DNA of 64,000 bases from Thecamonas trahens ATCC 50062 (taxonomy: Eukaryota; Protista; Apusomonadida). This document shows positions 50,301-59,744 of the stretch, one piece after another (positions within the stretch are counted from its first letter, which is position 1; every line of letters begins with the position of its first letter). A program made the translations under genes and the position numbers. The notes under the pieces are model-generated. The model worked only from the letters and a program-made list of their open reading frames with translations. It did not search any database and had not been told where the DNA came from. The DNA lies in the NCBI RefSeq assembly GCF_000142905.1, contig NW_013657667.1, positions 254,801-318,800 on the forward strand. The letters are read 5' to 3'.

Positions 50301-52420
50301 GAGACAACGTACCATGCTCGGATTGCGGCGATCAACTCGCTGGGCATGTCGCCGTTCTCGGATGTCATCACGTTTACAACGAACAAGCGGTCATCAACGT
50401 CATCTGCACAAAGCCCCAATAGCGAGTCGGGAACAACGTTCCTGGGTCTGGGCAGCACGCTGCTTTTCACCGTTGTTCTCGTCATCGCGCTCCTTGTCAT
50501 TCTGGTCCTCTGCTGCATTTGCTGCTGCAAGCGTAGCGGGGACGAGCAGGAAGGTGGGGCGTCCCAGTCGGGCATGGCAGCGCAAAGCGCTGCCGAGCGA
50601 GGCGAGGCTCGCGGCGTGGAGGACGACGATGATGATGACGACGACGACGAGGACGACGAGGCGTTGCGAAAGGCAATTCGCCAGGCCAAGAAGGCCAAGG
50701 ACTCAAGTCGGCCCCCTGCGCGCGCTGCAGACGACGGGTTTGGTGACGCTGTGGGCGACATTGAGCTCACTGGGATGGATGCCGGCGAGAGTGCTGGGCC
50801 GAGCGGACGCAGGTCTGCAGGTGGGCGCGGATCACGGCGCCACGAGCCGCGCGCGCCAGCTGGTTTTGTCGAGAATGATGATGACGACGACGACTCAGCG
50901 ATTGAGTTTTCAGAAGATGAGGCCCGGTCCGACGATGGCGGTGCGCTTGGTCCGGTGAGTAGTGGCGCAGCAGTTGCAGGCGCGCCGACCTCGGGCGCGT
51001 TTGCCTCGTTTGACGCTGTGTTTGGCGCTCCGGCCGGAGCGGCGGATCCGTTCTCCAGCCACGCGTTTGAAGCAGCGTTTGGCAACAGGGCGGGAGACGG
51101 TGACGACTCGTCAGTGCTGGACCAGTCGATGGCGCGCGAGTCGATGGGCAACGTGAGTGCGATGTCTCCTGGCAGCGGTGATCCGTGGGCGGCGGGAGTG
51201 CCAGTTTCGAATCCTGCATCTGGAGCGACGTCTCCGGTGTTTGATGCGGCGTTCCCTGCGATGAGTGGCGGGAGCGGGCTGGAGCCGCCGCAGCGCGGCG
51301 ACGACGACGCGTCGTCGGTGTTCACAGTCCCGCTGGGCGCTGGGTCGATGGTGGGCGGCGACGATGGGTCCGAGTCGATGGCGTCGTCAGGCGACGGTGG
51401 CCTCTTTTCCAAGGCCTTTTCGTCAGGTCCGGCGACGCGAGTGGAAGACGAGAGCTTCAATCCGTTTGACGGCGCGGCCGACGACGAGACTAGCGCGCTG
51501 GCTGGTTTTGGCTCGCCGGGCCTGGAGCTAACATCGATTGCGCCGGCGGTTTCGCCGCGGTGGGATTCGGCGCATGCCGAGCCTGTGGTCGTCCTTCCGA
51601 TGGTCCGCGAGCAGGGGACTGCGGTGTACACCGAGGGCACGCTAACACAGTACTCGCTCGGCGCCGAGGTGGCGTACGGTGTGCCCGACGCATCAGTCGA
51701 GGTTGCAAGCGGCGCGAGCTTCGCAGTCGTCCTTGGCAGCACGGCCCGGCATGAGCTGTTGCGGGTCGACGGCGCCGAGTTGGATGAGCTTGCGCAGGTC
51801 GGCACCGGACTTCCGTCTGGCAACGCTAGGGGCATCCACCGCTTCGGAGACGGGGCATGGCAGGTCGACGTGGCGCTGGCGGTGCCGCGGTCCGGCGGGC
51901 GGCCGATCTTCCGGCTTGGCACGTTCTCGCCGGACGCCTCTTTCGCACGCGTTCCTCTCAAGGCCGGGCTCAAGTACAAGCTCAAGCAGGACAGCGACGG
52001 CGGCGCGGTGCTGATGGCCGAGGTCTCTGTGGCGGTCGAGTCGTTCGCACCGACACAGGCGACCCTTGATCTGGTCATCTCAGGCGCGCGTCTCACGCCG
52101 GAACGTGTGGCCTCGCTCAAGTGCAAGCCGCCCGGCAACCTGACCCCGCTTGGCGAGGTCACCATTGCGCTCCCAGTCGAAAGCGGGAGCAAGCAAAGGT
52201 GCTTGTGCGCGCCAAGCTTGCCGAAGGTCAGGGCTTCTCGGGCATCGAAGATCTCAAACTCCGGGCCACGCTCAAGGGCTCGGGCGCCTCGCTGCTCGAC
52301 CTCGGCGGCCCACACGGCGTCGGTGCCCTCATCTCGGCCCAGCCGGGCGTGACGGTCTCGGACTCGGAGGCCTTCCGGGCTCTTACCTTTGAGGCCAGTG
52401 TCGACGGTCGGCTTTTGTAG
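44371..52420 (+). CDS. Giant single-pass fibronectin type III repeat protein (~18 FN3) with an endocytic-motif tail and C-terminal mu-homology-like domain; apparent frameshifts at 48361-48364 and 52195-52197
   Basis: Signal peptide MPGHLWVLLLAAAVAC. Repeated W-x-A/P-P-x-D/N-x-G-x-P/A-I-x-x-Y and L-x-P-x-T-x-Y...A-x-N-x-x-G motifs. TM LLFTVVLVIALLVILVLCCICCC (~50460-50530). Acidic tail, then a beta-rich final domain. ORFs 44257, 48363 and 52121 join by two -1 shifts. Confidence 0.85.
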
Positions 52421-52537
52421 CCTCGAATTGTCGGTAAAGAAGCTTTTGAATGCACATGATGGCCTGGCTCCCGTCGTCCCCCGTCAACTCGGCGAGGCAG
52501 AGTCATCAGTTGCAGCACTACTCTCGCATTTCCCACC

Positions 52538-55219
52538 ATGGGTATGTTTTGCCACCTTTCCGCTGGCCGCTCCCCCACCACCACCCCGCCACCCATTGTC
52601 GCCTCGCGTCCCCTCCCTCCCCCCCCTCCCCCCCCCTGCGCGCTCTCTTTCTTTATCCCCCTCTTCAGTCTGCTTACCCCACCGTAGCCCCATTCCTATG
52701 CCTACAGCCTAGCCTAGCTGATGCGCCTACTGCATTGCGCAACGCATGGGCGTTTGGGAACACTCTTAGCCATTCTCGGCTCCCCCCTCTCTCTCACACA
52801 CACTCTCGCGCTCACACACTCCCCCCCCCCCCCCCCCCCTTCCCCATCCTCCTTCAATCCAACAGCTGCGTCTGCTGACGATTCGGACCACAACATGTCG
52901 CACACGCCCGAGCCGGGCTCATACTCGGACAACGACGCCACAGGTGCGTCGTCGGATCCGGACGGTGAGCGGTCGGACTCGTCGGATGATGACGGCCCTT
53001 CGTCGGAGCGTGCATCGCGGACGGGGCACAACACAGCGGCACCGTCGTTGGCAGATCTTGAGGCGGACGACTCGGATGCTGCGCTGCTGGCCGCCATCCG
53101 CATGCCGGAGATCAACGATGGCGAGGAGCTTCGGTCGGGCTTTTACACGGTCAACCCGTTCCTGCCCGAGTACTCGCCCGAGGGCGACGCGCAACTGATG
53201 GCGCAGGCGCTGGGCCTTGTCAAAGGCAAGAAGAAGAACGAGCTGCTGCTGGTGGATCTGCTGACGACACGCGAGCCGGACCAGGTGCAGGCGGCGCGCG
53301 CGGTGTTCAACGCGAGCAACAAGCACCCGCTGGCAAAGATGGTGAAGAAGAAGACGCGGTCGTCGTTCAAGCGGCTGATGTGCGGACTGGTTCTCTCACC
53401 GGCCGAGTATGATGCGCAGCAGATCATGTCGTCGGTCTCGGGCGTGGGGACCAAGGAGAGTGTGCTCATCGACATTCTGACGACGCGCTCGAACGCGCAG
53501 ATCGAGGCCATCAACCAGGAGCTGCTGCGGACGGTTTCCAAGGACCTGGTGCGGGTGATCAAGGGCGCGACCGGCGGCAAGTTCAAGAAGATCGTGGCCA
53601 AGCTTGCCGAGGGCAACCGCGAGGAGTTCCACGATCTCAATCCCGACCTTGTTCATAGCGACGCACTTGCCATTTTCGACGCGATTGAGAAAAAGTCAGG
53701 CTGCGACGAGAAGGCGCTGGTCGGCATTTTTGCCGTCCGGCCGGCCCACCACCTCAAGGCTGTTGTCCGCCACTACCGCAAGGTGACGCAGCTTGTCCAC
53801 CGTCGTGGGCAGTCGGCTACCCACCACTTTGACATGCTGTTGGAGAAGAAGACGTCGGGCGACTTTCGGCGGACGATCAAGGCGCTCATTGCGCCTGAGG
53901 AGTACCTCGCCGAGTGCGTGCGGAACGCGGTCAAGGGACTGGGGACAGATGACTCGCTGCTGCGGCGCACCATGCTCGGAGCGCGGCTGACGCCGCTGCG
54001 GCTGCACCTAGCCAAGCACGCGTACTTCCGGCTTTTCAAGCGGGCGTTGGTCAAGGACATCGAGGACGACACCCGTGGCAACTACCGGCGGGCGTACCGT
54101 CGTATCGCGGCTACCCACACCGGCAACATGCTAGCAGTCAAGCTCCGCGAGGCGATGCACCACTCGTTCCGCGGTATCGGCGCAAGCAAGGCCAAGATCA
54201 CGCACGTCCTCACCGAGGCGGCTGTCAACGCTCGCGAGCGGGCCGACGTCGCCGACGCGTACGTCCTCGACTACGGGCGCAAGCTCTCCAAGTCGCTCAA
54301 GTCGTCACTCTCCAAGCATCACGCCCGGTTCCTCATCACACTCTCAACCCGGCGGGCGGCCGTCGACGCCGAGACCGTGAAAAAGTGCAAGAAAGCACAG
54401 CTCATCGACATCTTTACCACCAGGCGAAGCGTGGAGCTGAAGCGACTCGCGGAGGAGTTTGAGCGGATGTACACCAAGCCGCTGGAGGAGTTCCTCACCA
54501 AAAAGCTGTCGGGCAAGTTCCGCAAGGTCATTCTCAACCTGCTTGACGCCAAGCGTACTGTCGGGCTCACCATTTCTGAGGCCAAGGCCGACGAGCTTGC
54601 GCAGCAGCTTTACGGTGCTGGCGAGAAGAAGTGGGGGACCAACACCGACGTGTTTGTCAACATCATGGCGCGGCACTCACCGCAGGATCTGACCGCCGTC
54701 GATCTTGCGTACGAGCGCCTGCGCCAGAAGCGGCTGACGGTGGCCATCAAGAAGGAGTTCTCTGGCGACACTCGCAAGCTGCTCATGGCGTGCGTCGACC
54801 CGATTAACTACACCTGCGACCGGCTGATGGCGTCGATGAAGGGCCTCGGGACCGACGACCGCGAGCTCGTGCGCCTGCTTGCACACCGGCCCAAGGCCGA
54901 GATCGAGGCCATCAAGGCCGCGTTTGAGGTCAAGTTTAAGAAGTCGCTCGCGCGCTGGATCAAGGGCGACACCTCGGGCTACTACCGCAAGGCTCTGCTC
55001 TCGTACATTGCCGACATTTCTCTTGCGCCGGTCGACAAGGACGCCGACGACGACGAGGACAACGAGGCCACCGGCTCTGGCGACGGCCTCGGCGGCGAAG
55101 ACGATGGTGACGACGACTGGGAAGGCAACCCCGACCGCCCGCCACCGACCTTCCACGACGACTACGACGACGGCGCGTCGTCGTCGGCCACGCCGATGCG
55201 CCCGCCGCCGGCCTTCTAG
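52538..55219 (+). CDS. Eight-repeat (double-core) annexin; probable 4-nt first coding exon 52538-52541 and intron 52542-52865
   Basis: Annexin repeats GVGTKESVLIDILTTRSNAQI, KGLGTDDSLL, YGAGEKKWGTNTDVF and MKGLGTDDRELVRLL...IKGDTSGYY. ATG G|GTATGT...CTCAC...CAG|CT restores the frame (MAASADDSDH...). Alternative start ATG 52895. Confidence 0.9.
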
Positions 55220-55252
55220 CACCATTGAAGCTGCCACTCATCCACGCCAGGC

Positions 55253-56008
55253 TCATGTCACCTTGGCTGCCGTATCGTGCCGCAGGTCGTGAACAGGCGC
55301 CGCCATGTACACCGCCAGCTCGAGGCAGGCGTAGACCGGGAGAACAACAACAAAGAACGCGCGGAAGCAGCCGAGCGAGCGGACCCAAGCCGATGGCGGG
55401 CGGTCGTTGATCATGACCACGTGATGCAGCTCGGCGTCATCGATCCAGCACCGGTACTCGCGGCCGACCACATAGTCTGCAGCAGCTTCGGCAGCAGCGT
55501 CCTCGGACGAGAACGAGACGGCCACGGCCGAGAGCATCGCCGTGGCCTCGACGTCGGCAGTGGCCGAGCCTGGCGGAGCATAAACGACGTCAAAGAACGG
55601 GGCGTACGAGCCCCACACCGCGCGGACCCCGTTGACCATCAGCGAGAAGAATGAGAGTAGCTGAGTCAGAGCCTTTTCTGCCCCAGATCGCGTATCGTCG
55701 ACCTTGCGCACCTCCTTGCCCGTCACCACACACAGAGCCCCGCTCCACGACACCTCGACGCCCTCCTCGGCTGCTTCGCTCCACCCAAAGGCCATGGCCG
55801 TAAAGGCACAGAGCACAGCAGAGATGATAGCCGCCACGACAGTCGCATGCAGCAGAGTCCACCCATAGTCACGCACTGCCGTTGTCAGTGACGCACTCGC
55901 AGGCCGCCGCATCCTTGGTGGCGTGGCGTAGCGTGTGGGTGGGGTGGTCCGGCTTTGTGCCGTCGATCGCCTTGCCGCAGGCTTTGGCGGAGAGAGCCAT
56001 GGCTCCAT
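55253..56008 (-). CDS. Two-TM membrane protein with a Cys-flanked luminal loop (BK-channel beta-subunit/DUF3592-like topology)
   Basis: TM1 LLHATVVAAIISAVLCAFTAMAF; WSGALCVVTG; YVVGREYRCWID...VVM; TM2 FFVVVLPVYACL. Confidence 0.55.
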   Translation of the reverse strand: MEPWLSPPKPAARRSTAQSRTTPPTRYATPPRMRRPASASLTTAVRDYGWTLLHATVVAAIISAVLCAFTAMAFGWSEAAEEGVEVSWSGALCVVTGKEVRKVDDTRSGAEKALTQLLSFFSLMVNGVRAVWGSYAPFFDVVYAPPGSATADVEATAMLSAVAVSFSSEDAAAEAAADYVVGREYRCWIDDAELHHVVMINDRPPSAWVRSLGCFRAFFVVVLPVYACLELAVYMAAPVHDLRHDTAAKVT

Positions 56009-56072
56009 GCAGCTGGCTTGCCAGCGACGGTGGTCAAGCTACCACTCAACGCTGCATAAGCAGGCAGAGGGC

Positions 56073-59000
56073 ATGGGCGAGTTCATCCCGAGCCCTGCAG
56101 GCGAGTGCATTCTACAGCTGGTGGCGCGTGGCAATGCCATCATTGGTAGGTTGGGGGGAAAGGGGGGGGGGGGAGAGGGGGTGACTGGGCGTGCGAGAGG
56201 GGGGGGCATGTGACCCTGTGTGGGGAGGGACCGGGTAGGGGGGGGGGGGGGGGGGGGAAGCAGGAGGGGGGAGGGGGAATGAGCAAGACAAGGGACTCAT
56301 ACTAGGTGGAGGATAACGTTGTGCTGGGTGTGTGTGGGTGTAGCGGAGCTGCTTCGGCTCTCGCAGCACATCCCGGCCGTGTTTGCCGACGGTGGGGCCG
56401 GGAGCAAGTACGGGGCGGTCATTTTTTCGTTCGAGTACCTGCAGCGGATCGAATACTACGAGGAGGGCATCATGCGGTCGGCGGCTGCGCTAGAGGCCGA
56501 CGAGGAGTTTCGTGACAACCACCTCGAACTGCTTACTCGGTTCTACAAGACCTTTGAGTCGATGTATGTGTACCGGCAGGACTTTCTCGGGTACCTCGAC
56601 GACCTCGCCCGCGGAGTCTTCATTCAGCGGACGCTCGAGTCTGTCCTCGCCGACGCTGACGGCAAGCAGCTGGTGAGTGAGGCTGTGTATCTGTACGGAG
56701 TCATGCTGCTGCTACTGGACATGCGGATTCCGGGGCTGATCCGGGAGCGCATGCTCATCTCGTTCTACCGCTACCAAAAGGCGAGCGACATTGCCAACAT
56801 CGATGAGGTTTGCAAGCTGTGCGCGAGCACCGGCTTTACGCCCGGAAACAAGAAGCCGAAGGACTACCCCGAGTCGCTGTTTGCGCGCTTCCCCCTCCCG
56901 CGCAAGGTGGTGGGGATGGTGCTGGGCCGGCTGCGCATGGACGACATCTACGAGCAGGTCGCCAACTACCCAGACCCGGAGCATCGGTCGGTGGCGCTCG
57001 CAGGCCAAGCGTCGATGATCTACGTCATCCTCTACTTTGCGCCAAACATCCTGCACTCGGAGCCGGCCGTCATGCGCGAGATTGTGGACAAGCACTTTCC
57101 GGACAACTGGGTCATCCCGTACTACATGGGCTTTACCGTCGACCTCTCGCTGCGGTGGCAGCCGTACCGGGCGGCCCGTGACGCGCTGGCCAACACCATC
57201 AAGGTGGCGCATGTGCGGAGCCTGGTGGCGAGCCAGGTGAGCAAGGTCCCACAGCTGCTGGCAGACACCAAGGCGCTGCTGACCGAGGGCGTGCTCGAGG
57301 AGGAGTACGTTATGAAGGAGATCCGCGGCATTCTCAACTTGCTCCGCGAGGGCAACGCCACGCTGCGGTGGATGGCGCTGCACTCTACGACGGCCAACAA
57401 GAAGCTGGCGTCGGCGGTGAACAAGTCTGTAACGCGGCAGCTTGTTCTCCGGCTCCTGCTCGACATCGCCGAGCTCGAGTTCAAGGTCAAGGACGTGGTG
57501 GAGGTTTTGCTGACCAAGAAGCAGGAGCGGTGGGTGGTGGCACGGCAGGAAGCGGTCCACCGGATGACTGAGCTCGCAGAGTACTTTTCCGGCACTCAGG
57601 CGCTAACGCGAGTCGAAGCCAACGCACACCTCCAGTCGTGGTTTGTGGACATTTCGGACAAGATTGCCGGCCTCTCGTTTGTTGACCCAACGCTTGCAGG
57701 GCGCAAGATCAAGCAACTCATTGTGGCACTGGAGGAAGTTGAGTCGCTCCATCACATCGACGCCTCGCTGCACGTCAAGGAGTTCCTAGGTGACACGCGC
57801 AAGTACCTGCAGCAGATGCTGTACTACGTCAACATCCAGAACAAGGTTCTGGTTACGCTTGCTGTGGTGACTGACCTCTCGTACGCGTGGCACATTCTCG
57901 CCAGCTACATCGACCTGATGCAGGCGGCGATCCGGGCGAATCCCGGGACAATCGTCAAGCTCCGGTCTACGTTCCGCAAGCTAGCCTCGCTCCTCGACCT
58001 GCCGTGCATCCGCATCCAGCAGGCCGACTCGCCAGACCTCGGCTCGGTCTCGCAGTACTACTCGTCAGACCTGGTCCGGTTCATCCGCCGGGTCCTGGAG
58101 ATTATCCCGGTCACTATGTTTGAGCAGCTCAACAAGATCATTGTGCTGCAGACGTCTGCGCTTGCGCCGCTCCCGGCGCGCGTGGAGAAGGCCATGCTCA
58201 AGGAGTTTGCGCAGCTTGACGTGCGCTACGAGCTCGCACGGCTGACGCACTCGATCTCGGTCTTTACCGAAGGCGTGCTTGCCATGAAGAAGACGCTTGT
58301 CGGTGTCATCGAGGTCAACCCCAAGGCGCTGCTGGAGGAGGGCATCCGCAAGGAGCTGGTGGCAGCACTCTGCAAGGCGCTCGACACGCACTTGGTGTTC
58401 TCGTCGAAGAAGCCCGAGCTGCTGCCGGCGCTGCAGGCGCTGCAGGCGCGGCTTGCGGGCTTCCGGCTCTCATTCGAGTACGTGCAAGACTACGTCGGCA
58501 TCTACGGGCTCAAGCTGTGGCAGGAGGAGTTCTCGCGCATTGTTAACTTTTGCGTGGAGCAGGAGTGCAACACCTTTCTCAAGAAGAAGCTCTTCTGGTG
58601 GGACTCCAAGTACTACAACGAGGCCGTGCCGATTGTCTCGTTTCCGGCGCGGGATGCGGCATCGATCAACGGCATCGGCCGGCTGACGCGAACTCTGCTC
58701 GCACTCACGTCGCCGACCACCAACGTGTATGTGGAAAAGGCCGCGGCCTGGTTTGTGCTCAAGTCTGGCGAGGAGGGCGTGAACCTGGTGACTGCGGCGC
58801 ACATGCTCACCTCGCTCTCGGTCTTTGGCCTCCGCGGTGTCGACAAGCTGCTCGGTTTTATGAATGTCGCCGCGCTGCAGCGGTTTGTGCGGTCGTACGC
58901 CCGCTCGCTCTCGTCGGACGTGGGCCGGTACCTGGCCTCGGTCGAGGACGTGCTCCTCCCGCTCACCTCGTACCCAGCCACGGACGCCAAAACGCTGACC

Positions 59001-59708
59001 AAGTTTTACGGCGGACTGGTGCAAAAGCTCAAGGCCTGGTGGCCGCTCTTCCTCGAGACGGTGATCGGCGTCGGCCAGCGCCAGCTCCTCCGCCGGCTGC
59101 TGGGCATTGAGCTGGCGTACACGGCGCGGGTGGACTCGCCGGCGCTCTCGTCGACGCTCGACGCACTCAACATGTCGCTGCTCAAGGACATTGAGGCGCA
59201 CTACCGCGACCCCGAGGTCCACCCGTACCCCAAGGTCTCCAACCCGCTCCTGGCTACCCTCGCCGAGTACCTCGACTCGGCAGGCAAGTCGGACCCGCTC
59301 GCGGTCATCTACGTCACCTCGCCGCCGCTCGGCTCGATGGCGCTTCTGGTCTTCCTCTTTGTTCTCTCGGTCCTTCCGCAGCTGACCTACGATCCGCGTC
59401 TCGACACTTTTGTCAACTCGTCCAAGAAGGTTGCCCTCGACGGCGCGCCGTTTGTGGTCGGCGTCGTCACCCTGCTCAAGCAGTTTCACGCCTCGGTCAC
59501 GACCACGTTCCTCAAGTACATGGGCCAGTACATCCGTGCCTCGATGGCTGAAGCCCTGCTCGGCCGCCGCGGCAAGGGCGCCCGCGTTTACTCACCCGAG
59601 GTCCGTTCCGCGCTCCTGTTCCTGCACCAGTTCTGCACCTACGGCGGTGCCAAGCGCAAGGACGTGGAGCAGTTTGTGCCGGCCTACGTCGTCGACCGGC
59701 TCGGCTGA
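56073..59708 (+). CDS. WASHC5: Strumpellin (WASH complex subunit 5); exons 56073-56145 and 56344-59708
   Basis: Exon 1 GECILQLVARGNAII, GTAGGT..TAG intron, then AELLRLS. Also MREIVDKHFPDNWVI, ALLEEGIRKELV and GLKLWQEEFSRIVNFCVEQECNTFL. Confidence 0.95.
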
Positions 59709-59744
59709 CGGAGTCGATAAATTGAGCAGAGGTGCAGACGTGTT

